From positions 68,760,001-68,824,000 of the forward strand of contig NC_087436.1 in assembly GCF_036321535.1 (NCBI RefSeq): a DNA stretch of 64,000 nucleotides, read 5' to 3'. The notes below the pieces were generated by a model. That model saw nothing but the letters and a program-made list of their open reading frames with translations. It searched no databases and was not told the DNA's origin. Source of the stretch: Camelus dromedarius. Taxonomy: Eukaryota. Both the position numbers and the translations under genes were made by a program. Positions 24,187 to 36,760 of the stretch are shown here, piece after piece; the first letter of the stretch is position 1, and each line of letters starts with the position of its first letter.

Positions 24187-27100
24187 AATGATGTGTCAGA
24201 GTTCTGGAATCTGCTACTTGTGGGGAAAGCCAATCTAGGATTCAAATTCTTCTCATAAAATTTGCAAATTGATATGGACAAATGACTAGTAGGTATGTAT
24301 GTAAGCATGTGCGTATGTATATATGCATGTAGTTGTTGAGTTGGGGGTTCATGATGGTTCAGGAGAACCTGCTGCCAGGGAAGCCAAGAGTGTGAGCTCA
24401 GTTACTTCACAGGCTAGTTTAGTTCTTCTTTTCCTAGGACTCAGGCTGTACCTGGAACTCAGGCTCTTTCTAACAGATCTAGGCCACAGAAACAACCCCA
24501 TGAGAGGGTGAGGCCACAATAAGACAAATCCATCCTTACTGCTAGGAGAAAAATAAATTCCTTTCCTATGATGCTCTATTCATACTTTGTCTAATTTGTT
24601 CTAAACCCTAAGGGATCATTTTCATATACTGGAAGTTTATGGGCATTCTTTCTCCAATTTATTGTTAAATCTTTGAAATATATTTTAAGATGCTTTGCAG
24701 CAATTACTTGATTAAATTTTTTTACTGGGTTGTAGTGTTTGAGGATATATCTTAGGCAGTATTAAACAATTATTAGAGAAGGGAAAAATGATAGGTTATG
24801 CTTCATCACAGTATATCAAAGTTTAATTTATTTGGACCTAGTGACATTGAAAAATTGTTCCAGTTTTGTAATATGTTCTTTATTAATAATGTTCACTTTA
24901 TATTTCTGCAATAAGTAAGGAAGTTAAAAATGATCATTTTTTTCTTTTTGAGATATCCTTCATTCTAATATCAGTCATGTTTCTGAAAAGAAGGATCTGA
25001 TATATAAAAGATTGTTTTAATTGACTTTAAACTTCTGAGCATAGTGTTTAATTCTTGCATTGTAAAAGACTTTTCTAAGAGGATGTGGAAACAGAAGTGG
25101 AGTTAGGAGGTGTGGATTCAGATACTCTGTCAAATCTAAGCTGTGAGATCTCACGTAAATCATAACTTTTCCAAACTCTAGTTGCCTTGTTTTAAAAATG
25201 GACAAAACAATACCTTCCTTATCCAAAAAGATCCAAATAAAATGTATATGACACTTGTTTGTAAATTCTGAAAAAGTTTTCCTGAATTTAAGGAATTATT
25301 GTAGCGACAACTAGGAAATATACTAGAAAAGACTCAAGAACTAAAGATTGTTATACCAGTAGCTGTTGAGTAATCATAAATGAGTCCTTCAAACAGCATG
25401 GAGTCTCAGTTCCCTAGCTATATAATGGTGATAACAATACTCACCACACAGAATTTTGTGAGAATTAAAACATAATATTTATGCTATATAAATTGTAAAG
25501 TGCTAAAGAAGCAGTTTAGAGTAAGATGAAATTCTTTTCATTAATCAGTTTAATCTTATATATTACCCTGTTTATATTTAATCTATCATCAAGAGAACAA
25601 AGTGCACTTCGTTCAAAATACTCAATTTTTCCTATTTACTTATTCTAGTCCTTTTTTTTTAACCTAGTCCACACTTTTTCAGCTTACTTTATACACATTT
25701 TTTTTCAAAGATGACTTCTAATTTATATCTTTAGTTGTAACATTTATTATGCACTCCGGTTTCTTCCAACTTAACACCTGGGTGTTATCACACAGATACT
25801 TTACACCAAAGGGCACATGTCCACAGCTGCCTCCATTGAGGTACTTTTTGCAGTAGAGAAAAATTAATATTAGTTTTCTACTCTTCTCCTGTAATCATTA
25901 ATTTCTTTACTTAGAAATATTAGATTTACATGCCTATTATTTTGCTAGACATGCAAAAATAAATAAGATAAAATTCCTTAAGTAACTTTAGAGTGATAGG
26001 TAAAAAGTGCCACATAAGCACTCCAAATGTTACAGAAATTGAGAGGTCAGAGAAGTAACTTTTGGTTAAAGGATGGAGGGACTGTTAGGAATCTTCATGG
26101 AACATGTAGCATGTGAGCTATACTTTGCAGGACGGGTAGAACTTCTGAGTAGATGAAAAAACAGAAACAAAAGAGATGAAAAGTGCAAAGTGTGCTTGGA
26201 GAACGATAATTGGCCTTGTAGGCAAGTAAGTGGAAAATAATCTGGAAAAATAAAATCAATTGAGATTATAGAAGACATTAAATATGTTGGATTTAGAGTC
26301 TTTGCTTTAGAGCAAAGGACATGACTGAGGGTTTGGATTTATAGATTTGAGGATTTATAGATTTCATAAAGGATTTTATAGATTTCATAAAGAACTTCCC
26401 ATTATTATAGCCTTAGGTATTCAGTAGTAAGTAAAAGCACTTGGCATTGTGAAAATCAGTGTGTGTATATATAATTTAGGCAGTTATCAATTAATATTTA
26501 CTAAATACATATAATCACCCATTGTTCTAAGTGAAATAATTTTATATATGAGACTAAAAATGCATTGAACCATGACCCAGGGAAAATGAACTTTTATTGT
26601 GGCTTACAAGTAGAAAAGAAAGAAATACAAACTTTCATTTATACTTCTTTTACTAGCCTACACTTAAAAGAGGCATGAATAGTCTAATGAATGAAACAAT
26701 ATAGAAACTACTCATGCTGGGTGCTTAATTATTTAAACAGCTGACTGTTTAATAGAGTAGAAGTGGTCTTTCAGTAGCTGATTGTTTTGGGTACTTATGG
26801 CATCATATAATGAGACCAAGGTCAAAGGTTTCATTTTAGGTAGATTTTCCCAAGTAGTTCATAGCTATAGGCTAAGCCTTTGTTCTTATTTGCTATTCTG
26901 CAAATTTACTTATTTGCTATTTTGCAAATGTTTCTTTCTTCCTTATGCAGCCTGAACTAAGCAGTTTTTCTCAAATTTATACGAGCAAAGAAACATTTAT
27001 TTGTGAAATACTTAACATTTTGAGGAACACAATGTTCCTGAAACTCAGTGAAGAATATGCTCCTCTGTGAGTTCTAACTTACCCAAGGCACTGTTTCTGC

Positions 27101-27294
27101 AGGAGAGGAATGGAAAATCTATTGCACACCCAGTTTAGATGGCATTCTCATTCGTATTTAAATACGCAAAGATACCTCTTGCTGTTCCTCTCTCTCCATT
27201 TTGGATACTTGGGAAGTATCCAAACTTGTAGCTGTTTAGTGCAGTTGCAGTTGTTCATTTCAGTACTTCTTAAATTTTAATATATATATGAATT

Positions 27295-27412
27295 TAAAAA
27301 TGCAGATTTACATTGAGTGAATCTGGGGTTAGGCTCAAGATTCTGCATTTCCAGCAAGCTCCCAGGTGATGCTGATGCTATTGGTCCAAGGACCACACTT
27401 TGTGTAACAAAG
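27295..27412. mobile_element. MER5A-like hAT-Charlie element
   Basis: ctgcatttccagcaagctcccaggtgatgctgatgctattggtccaaggaccacacttt. Confidence 0.75.
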
Positions 27413-28954
27413 ATTTTTGGATACAGTTAGATCAGAGTAGCTCTGAGACAGAACAGGATGATATTATTGAAGGCATACTAGTTTCTTCTGTTTCCTAGAC
27501 TCCAGGTACATAGACAGCCCTCTTCTGGTATAAGATCGTCATGAAATGTTCAAAACCTTAACTAACTGCTTTGTTAAAATATACTGACCCTAATACATAT
27601 TTGTTTTCTATAGGAAATAAATGTGTGAAGGATTTAGGGGCCCTTACTCCTAGCTCAGTGTGACTTAATGTAAATTGAAAGTATCAGGGTATTTCCTGTT
27701 GCATTGTTTCTACAAAATGTATCCCAGTGAGGTGAGGGATTTGGTATATCACACCCTGGAGAAGCACAAGGCGGCACTTATTGCCCCAGATGAGTTCATC
27801 CTCCAATATTTGATTTTATTATTATATATAGACTCAAGTACTTAAAAATTCTAACAGTTACCAAGGAGATGATCCTATTTAATTTGTATAGAAAGATATA
27901 TACCAGGTTTTAAAACATTGTTTACTTAGGGAGGGGTGCAGGGAAGGAGGAAAGGAGGTGCTGTGAATAATGGGGTAGGAGAACAAAAAGACAAATACAT
28001 TATTAAATACACAAGTTAAATAAAAATCTGTTAGTAAAGAGTCTCAGCAAGAAAGACATTTCAGCGCAAATTGGGTGAAATAAGTTAGTGGGCATGATAG
28101 AGTAGAGAATCCAAAAATTTCTTGGGATTATTCTCCCAGTGCTACTAGTAAGGGTTATTACTAGTAACTTGGGAGGAGTGGAGACTGAAATCAGAACCCC
28201 ATATGTATTTATCTTGGATAATTCTGTTTAACTATATCCAGCAAATGATAATTGTTCTCACAGAAAGAGTAGCTTCTAATGAATCATGGACCAAACCCAA
28301 GATTAGTTGTTTCAGATGCTATTGAGTAATACTTAGTTTCATCAGTATATTTTTAAAAACAGCATCTTGTACTCAGTCCCTTCTGAACTGAATCCTAGTG
28401 GCTTCTTGCCCAGATTTTCTAAAGAAGCAGAAGAAAGAATTGAGATTCTCAGTATCATTTTTCTATAATGACTTTGTGTCATAATGGAATGAGCAGAGTT
28501 CCAAGGTCAATAGCTTTAATATTTTTGAAGCCTACACAATAGAATGTATTCCTCAGAGCTCAGGAAAAATATTGTAGATACCTTTTATCTTGGGAAGAAA
28601 TATGCACAATGGCAGGGTGGGTGGTGGGGAAACAGTGTTGAAGGGATCAGAAAAGCTACTTGACATTAGACAAATCACTTCTCTGGATTTGAGTTTTCCC
28701 CTTTGTCACTTAATGAAGAATGAGTGAATTTCCTTATCACCTTCACGCTGCTCTTTTCTTTCCTTGCTTCACATGGATGGTTCCTTCTTATTTCCACGAC
28801 CACTCTATGAGGTAGATTCTCTTACCTCTACTACACACTTTCAACTTTTGTAAACACTTTATTCCCTTAAGAATGTCTGTCTTACATGTTCCTTATGCAT
28901 GTCCCTATCCTGACATCACCCTCCTCCCCTCTGCAGCAAACTAAGCTCCATGAG

Positions 28955-29170
28955 AGAGGCAGCAGTTGAGAGCACAGACTTTGAAGCTGGACTAAGGATT
29001 CAAATTCTGCTTTTGCCTTCTACTTGCTGTGTGAATCTGGGAAGTTACCTTACTTCTCCTCATTTCCTTATCTGAAAAATGGAGGTAACAGTAGTATCTA
29101 CCTTCAGGCTGTAGTGAAGATAAATGACTTAAAAACTTATTAATACAACTGAAATATTGTCTGACACCTG
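28955..29170 (+). mobile_element. MIR SINE
   Basis: gagagcacagactttgaagct...ggattcaaattct...gctgtgtgaatctgggaagttac. Confidence 0.7.
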
Positions 29171-29554
29171 ACCCTGTGTCAGTGTGTGGTCAGTCAAGCA
29201 AATGAGGGCAGGGACTGATTGTGATTGGTTCTCCACTGTATCTCCTGAAGTTTTTGATGGTCTGTTTTAAGTGTATCTGTACAGTGAGAGGATGGATTAG
29301 ATGATGGAAGTGAGGCCCTGTCTACTCTGTGAACATTTCCATGGTTCTAACATGGGAATGAAGAGCTGAACACATAAGGCATTCCTTTCTGTCTCCTGAA
29401 CAAATGTATCTATAATCACTGTTTTTTCTGTTTTTATATACTATTCCTATGAAATACTAGTCCTGTTGGGAGGATTGAATTTTTAATTGCTGTACAAGTA
29501 ATATAGAAAGAGTACATTACTATAATGATAATCATAAATTTTGTAATCAGACAG

Positions 29555-29715
29555 ACACAGTGTGACTCTGGGCAAGTGACAAAACCTCTCTGAACCTTAG
29601 TTTCCTCATTCTTAAAATGGGGATAATAACATGCATCAGAATGGGGTGAGAATTAAATGAGGTGCTGTTTGTAAAGTACTTAGAACTCTGGCTTATAGTC
29701 AATAAATGGTAAATT
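29555..29715 (+). mobile_element. MIR SINE
   Basis: gtgtgactctgggcaagtgacaaaacctctctgaaccttagtttcctcattcttaaaatggggataataa. Confidence 0.8.
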
Positions 29716-30149
29716 CTACATTCCTCTTTTAGGTAGAACCCAGCTCTAGCTGCTAATACCATTCTTTTGTAATGGCCTTTTGTAAGAGCAATAACAATTC
29801 TGCAGAATCACAGAATGTTACCTGTGGAAGGGAACTTCAGGAATATCCACTCCATCTTACCCTTTATGCAGATGAATAAACTGATCTAAAGAGAGATTAA
29901 GTAGTGGTACAGAGGTATCTCTTGATTTTTCATCTGTGATCTTTTTTTGAGGTCTTATTAATTTTTTTTGCAACTCGGGACGTGGTGGACACTCTATTAA
30001 CACTGTTTATTAAATGAATGGTGGAAAAATCAATAGATAATTGAGTTCTCTTTACACTATTTTGCTGGGCACTGGGGACATTTTTAAAAAATGGCCAAAA
30101 AATTATCCTGCTTTAAGGCATTCATGAGTTTCTGAAGGAGGATAAGGTG

Positions 30150-31620
30150 AAACCTATTAGCAGCATTTCACACCCTTGACTATTCCTCTTTATTGAAATA
30201 GTCTCTTTCTGTTGTTTTTCATGATTTGACACATCTTTTTATCCTTCTGATGCCCTTTGCTGGTTGCTTCTCTTCTATTCAACCTTAAGAGTCTGCTGCT
30301 CCATGCTCTGTCTTGGGTGTTCACTTTTCTCTCTAGTTGATTTCATTTAATCAACTTTAATTACCATCTAAGCTAACAGTTCTCAAGCTTTTCTGTGTGT
30401 AAAAATCGATTGAAAAGTTTATAAAAATGAAAATTCCTGCATCCAACACTCAGACTGTTCAGTAGATCTGGTCTTGCTGCTCAAAAATTTGCATTTTTAA
30501 CAAGTGCCCTAGGGGATCCAGATAGAAATAAACCAGATATTACACTGTGAGAAATGCTGATCTATATATGATTTTGAGACTGAAATGTTCAACTGCATCT
30601 TTCACATATCCCCACTTGATGTTTAGAACGCAACATTTCCAAAGCAGAATTGTCTTCTCCCTTCTAACACTGACAACCTCTCTCTGCCCCATCAGATAGA
30701 CTTTTTTTTTTGACATTTTCTTTTTTAGTAAATGATACCTACATCCACCAAGTTATTCATGTGGAAACCCTGAAAATCATGATTGATTTCTCTCTCATCC
30801 CTCACATCCAATTGAGTGTCAAGTTGCATCCTTTTTACCTCTTAGATATGTCACAAGTTTTGTCACAACTCCCAGCACTTTTGTTGGAGCCATATTCATT
30901 CCATTTCTGAAATACGGAACTAGCCTCAAGCTGGTCTCCCTTCATCGATGGGTATCTCCCCCTCTCCACAGTGATCATTCTCTAGAGAGAGTCAGAATGA
31001 TCTTTTTAAAATTCTAATATAATAATGTCTCTGCCTTTGTCAAATCTTTGTTTTTCATTTCGCTTAGAATATAATCCCAGCTCTTTAATATGGCTTTCAG
31101 AGACTGGTATGATCAGTTTCCTGCCTGCATTTAATTTTTGCTTAAATAATACTTCCTCAGAGAAGCCTTCCATAAACTCCTAGATAGTTTACTATAATAC
31201 TTATTTTTGTATCATCTTATTAAACAAATCAAAATGAAATCACATATTTTCATTTTAATCATTGATATGGTTGCTCCTGACAAGGAAGATTGTGATTTTC
31301 AGTAAAAACTACCTTTTGCTCTGCTAAGATTTCCATAGAATAAATGTGTTCAATGACAGTTGCTTCCATTCATCTTAATTAATCAGAGTCCCTAAACTTC
31401 TTTTCATAGTGCTTGTCACAAGTAGAATTAAATAGATACTTACTTGTTTAATTTTTTTAGTGCCTGCCTTCCCAATAAATGACATGAAAACAGAGTCTAG
31501 GCCTTTCTGTTCCATTTCTGTATGTCTAGCACTGAAAACAACAACTCACAAAAATTAGGCACTCAAAAAGTGGATTTTTTTCATTGGATGAATAACATAA
31601 ATGAATTAAATAAAGCATAA
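30150..31620 (+). mobile_element. L2 fragments with nested MER5B-like element (about 30377-30560)
   Basis: L2 body motifs and 3' end gatgaataacataaatgaat; cagttctcaagctttt...tttgcatttttaacaagtgccc. Confidence 0.6.
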
Positions 31621-32139
31621 GAAATAATACAATAATTATCACAAAAGAGGTATAAATAAATTGTTTGGGTATGTAAGATTCAAAATGGCTTATTTGCCAT
31701 ATTGATTTATAAGTTATTTTCAAGCATGAGCATTTTGGGTTTCCCAGTGAATGACTGTGGACTTGAGGGATCACTACCTGCCTTTGGGAATCATCAGCTG
31801 AAACAGTATTGGAAAACATGTAACTGGATAAGTAGAGCTAGAAGAAAAGAAATTGTATTTCATATTACTTACAATTTGGGCAATAGGAAAATGAGAAAGA
31901 TACAGCATATAAACTCAGAAAGTTTGACCAGTAGGATAAGAGAAAAATCAAGGGAGAATAATGTTTTGGAAGCTTTAAGACTGTATTTCAAGGAGGAAAT
32001 GATCTGCTGTGAAGCTGTTAAGTAAAATGAGCTCTGAGATCTGACCATTGGATTTTACATTTGGATGATCACTGGAGAGCTAGACAAGAGCTATTTGAGA
32101 CTGTGAAGATGAGAATCTGCTTGTAATGGGATAAGAGGA

Positions 32140-32440
32140 AAAGTTAAAGATAAACATGCATACACCCTATGGTCCAGAAGATTCATTTGCAGGAACACAC
32201 CTAAGAGAAACTCTTGGTTGTTTGTACCATTTGACCCATTTAAGAATGTTCAAAGCTGTGTCATTTTTAATGGTAAAATCCCCAAAGAGTGGTTATGTAA
32301 GTTATATTAGACTCTTAGAATGGAATATCACATAGCTGTGTACATGAATGAGTTATTACTATACACTTATAAAGCATAATTTTGATCCCATAAAATGAAT
32401 TTAAAATATATGTAGAACTAAACAATATGTTCTTTAGGGA

Positions 32441-32487
<47 letters not shown>

Positions 32488-32710
32488 GTGAAACCATAAA
32501 GAAATTTAGATACATGCCAGATAACAGTTACAGGGCCAAAGTGAGGGGAGGGCAGTTAGTGGATAGGATGTAATTGAGGAAGAGTCCACAGAGTTTTCTA
32601 AAGTACTGATGATATTATTTTTCTTAATAAAGTTGAGTACCTAGAGGTCCATTTTTACAGTTAGTCTTTATGTGTGATATATTTAACAATAAAAATTTTA
32701 AAAAGTAAAA
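32140..32710 (+). mobile_element. Old LINE-1 3' region (L1ME-like) nested in L2
   Basis: ataaacatgcatacaccctatggtccagaagattcatt; aatggaatatcacatagc. Confidence 0.6.
32448..32484. repeat. (TG)n microsatellite, about 18 units
   Basis: Perfect dinucleotide run read directly. Confidence 0.95.
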
Positions 32711-35700
32711 AAGTGAATGGAAGAAGAAAATAAGAATAGAGGCAGTGGGTCTAAACAAACCTTTACAAGAGTTTTGCTGTTAAGAGGAGGAAATGAGAAA
32801 TGAGGCAATAGCTAGAGAAGGGATATGGGTCAAGGGAGGAATTTTTTTAAACTGGAGATAGCTTGGTATCTCTTTATACTAATGGGAATATTCCAGCAGA
32901 GAAGGAAACTGTATGTTTTAATGTATTTAACTCAGAATAAAAAATTATCAGTGTTAGAAAAATGTTCAGTAGATCTTTTTATCCACTAACTTGAAACTTG
33001 AACTCACATATCCTTTTATTAACCATTGATACACTTGTTCATACTCCTGACACATGGATATCATAAATATTCTAAAGAATCTGCCATTTTTTTCTGCTGA
33101 GTTATTCATTAGTGTAAACTTTCCCAAAGTCAGTTTTATTTTTCAATGATCTTAGTCACCCAGTGAGTGATTTCAGGCTTAGGATGGTGCTTTACTTTTA
33201 CATATCATGCACATATGCCAGATTTGGACTTAATACTCTGAAAAACTGACATTATGGCAAGTTTTCTTTGCTCAAGGGAATGCTATCCTTCAAGTTGGAG
33301 CAACAGCTTTTAAGGAAATGGATTAGGTATCTTTAGGTTCCCTTAAAAATAGACATTAATTCTTCTTCTTATGACTTATTTTAGGGGTATCAACCAAAGC
33401 CATCTTGGGGGCTGGACTGACATGAGCCAGATGAGTAACAAGTTTCTGAGGAAGTAGCTTGAGTATCTTTTGGAGGGCAAATTAGCAGTGGATATAGGAG
33501 ATTTGTTAGAAAATATATGATTCTAGGTGACTGATAGCAGTCACCAGTATTATAATGCCATCACCACTCCCCATCCTTTACCAACATTAGAAAAACATTC
33601 TGACCAAATGGGCAGCTGTTTTAGCATGTGGCCTAAGGTTTTTATGGATAATACCTTATACCTTAAATGTGCCATTTTGGACTCTTAACTGTAAAGCTGG
33701 TCCACTTGACTAATTTCCATTAAGAAATATACCCTTTGCCTGATGATTTATAATTTTAAGCATGGTTTCTGAAAGTTAAAATCACAATTCATTAGACAGA
33801 ATAGAAATAACAGGTAGAATTTGGAATGTATTTCTGACAGTTTTGGCTTTTTATTTCATGGCATTTGACTGGCTTTCACATGTCTCTGCAGTCAGTTAAT
33901 CATATCATGAGCATGGACAAAAAGGAAGAAAATGGAAATGAGATTTGTTACAATGGAAAGAGTCCTGCTAAGACATGTCCGTTCCTGAGCTGAGATATGC
34001 TCATTTACAGTAAATCTTTCCTTAGACTACATTCTGAATTCTAGCTTTTAATCTTCATCCTATTTTCCAAATCTTACCTCATACTTTTTATGTAATCCAG
34101 TTGACAAGACACTCTCCTAGAGGACCTGAGAAAATTTGGAATACTTAAAAGATTTGAAATGAATCATGATTATATCATAATGCCAGGTTCCTGGGTCCCT
34201 TGGTGGTAGGATTTCCTTCTTCACGTAGGGATGAACAGGTAGGTAAAGGAAGGAACATACAAACTTTGCAAGCTTCAGGAGAGGACAAACTAAAAGAGGT
34301 CTGAGAGTTTAATTTATATATAAAAGTAATCAAACCATCCAAAAGAACCCAGTCTCAACCAAAGGTATCACAGAATTACCTGGAGATTTACCTAAAATTA
34401 CCTAAAAATGACCTAGAACTACCTAAAAACATATTACTTTAATTTTCCTTCCCCTCCACAATTTGGATAACCTGCTTCCTCAGAGCATATGGAAGAATTA
34501 GAAAATAGTGAAGTGTGAGGTTTTTTTTTTTTTTTTTTTTGATTGGAGATATTATGGTATGTCTTTATGCTGATGGGAATATTCCAGTAGAGAAGAAATC
34601 TATGTTTTAATTCATCCTGTGCAATATTAAACTCAGGCAGATGTCCTGCTTTAGAAATAAGATTGTCAAAATAAAAATTTGTCTATTTTTTAACTCCCCA
34701 AGCCATTTAAATATGCTCTCCCCTTCCCACACAAATTCTGCTCTTTATTCAGATTGAAAGAAGGCATTATTTCCTAGTCATGGGCCCTCAAATTGATGAA
34801 TGAAAGTCCATAAGTTATTTTCAAAATTTCACCAATTTGGCATGGTAACTCTGATTATCTCATTTCAGTAAAAACCAACCAACTAACCAATGAACAAAAC
34901 CAATTGTGAATTATATATTTTCAGGTTAATAAAAAAGGAAAAACTGATTATTTATAGATACAGCTTATTTTTAAGAGCCAAAATATTTCAAAGTGTGATC
35001 CATAGAAACCAAAGTTCCAAAGAAGAGTTCTTTGTAATTGGAAAGTTTGGTTCTGATTGAGCGTCATATTTCCTACAAGGATGGGTCAGTTTAGAAATTA
35101 GATTGATTCCAGGCATTCTGAAATTGTACTTCTTTTTCATTATGTGCATGTTTCCATGTTTTCCTCTATTTTCCTTTGAATGACATCTAGCTGTTTATGA
35201 GGATCAATTTTTTTTAAATATCAGAGAAATTTCTTTGTGAGATTAAAAATATTTCTGCAAAATACATTTCTAACTGTATTGTGACTACCAAAACAATACT
35301 ACATTGTTACAGAAGGTTTAGGAATGATGGAAAAATATAATTCATAAGCTTACCACTTTAATACAGCAAACATGATTACTGTTTTGTATTTCTCATTAGA
35401 CTTTTTCACATGTGTAACTGTACAAAGTGCTAGTCAATGACTAAATACAATTTTGTGATTCACTTTCACATAAAATGAGAAGATACAATATATAAATTAC
35501 TTTATAGATTTTCACCTATTTTGATAGGTTATTAAACCTATTCCCTTGTTTGAATGTGAAATAATTTTTATTATTTTTATATTATTAATTGTTAATTATT
35601 ATTTATTTTTGGAAACTTAGACTGCTACCCATTTTTTACTCATATATATTCAAATACACATAATTGTACATATATTTTATTAAAACGATTTTAATTTTGA

Positions 35701-36523
35701 TCAAGTTTTCTAAAGTTCAGGAGATTTAAAATAAACTCAACTACACAACATGGCCAACAGATTGTCCATATTTTGTTTATTTCCCTTTTAAAATGACTTA
35801 ATTAGTGTCATATTTTTCTGTGTTCATGAGAAGACAAAACAAACAATACACTCAGATGCAGATACAAACAAATCAAATTATATAATTTTGAGATTGTACC
35901 ATCTGACTCTAGATTGTGCTACAATTTGTTGCTTTTTTATGTGAAAGTGTATGAAAATAAGCAATTATTAACTAGAAAGGAAACTAAGTAGATACTATTT
36001 TTTTCTTAAGTATCAACAAAAACTTACTTGAAAATAACAATACCATAGTGTATAAAAGGTAGACAAATACTGTCTTTACTTTCTTAAAGAGGACTTTAGA
36101 ATCCACTGCACATGTAGTAATGATACTGTGACAGGAGTAAAAATACATAATCCTCAAAAAATTTTCAAACAACAGAGGAATTTTTTTTACTGCCTACATT
36201 TTAAAATCCACACATCACTTTTTTGAAAATTAAACACGAGAAAACAAAAACAATTCCTTATTTAAAGACATGTTTTCATAACACTAAGCTGTCTCTTCAG
36301 GTTTATTAATTTCATAAAAAATTCAGTCAAGCAGCCAAGCACCGTATTTAAACAATATCAAACATATTATCTAAACAATATTTAAGAGTTTTAATGAAGT
36401 TTTGGGAAAAGTAACTAGAAGATTGTGAGACATAGCCAAAATTTCTTACGTTTCCGTACATTTTTCACATGCTTTATGATATAGTAAAACTTTCAAAATT
36501 GTGGAGAAAAAAACAAGACTTAC

Positions 36524-36531
36524 CTGTACAT
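36524..36531 (-). CDS. TMPRSS11D: TMPRSS11D exon 1 coding part (ATG TAC AG)
   Basis: GGATTAAAATGTACAG|GTAAGT on minus; A at -3; phase 2 joins exon 2 to give MYRPAR. Confidence 0.92.
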
Positions 36532-36760
36532 TTTAATCCTGAGTAATGAAGAAGTCCTTTTTTCTGCCTATCCAATTGCTCTGAGATTTCCATTCAAATG
36601 AATGACTCTCATGTATGATCTATGAAGGAACTGAAGACAAAGGAGGAAATCCCACATAATTAAAATCTAACTTGTTAAACAAGTCTGAAGGAATCAACTT
36701 GAACCAATTGTATGACTTGTGGAGTGGAATCAGAAATAGACAGGGAACTTCACAAATCAG
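36532..36760 (-). promoter_or_regulatory. TMPRSS11D: TMPRSS11D 5' UTR and proximal promoter region
   Basis: Unique sequence directly upstream of the start codon; 36532-36600 resembles the recalled human 5' UTR; no clear TATA box; TSS cannot be fixed from sequence. Confidence 0.55.

Larger units (their letters stand above)
1..36600 (-). other. TMPRSS11D: TMPRSS11D gene span, 5' half (exons 1-6; continues past left edge)
   Basis: Six exons (8, 122, 119, 68, 158, 39 coding nt) splice to MYRPARVPSASRSLNPFIVCFVVIAVVVILALIIGLLVYFFAFDQKSYFYHSSFKILNVEYSDELSSPVTQKYRNFCGRIESMISKTFRESNLRNQFVRAHVAKLRQSGSDVIADIVMKFKFTRKNNGASMKSRIESVLQQILNNSGSLAINPSTEITSITDQDAVNILTQ: cytoplasmic tail, signal-anchor and SEA domain matching recalled HAT/TMPRSS11D. 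Confidence 0.96.
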
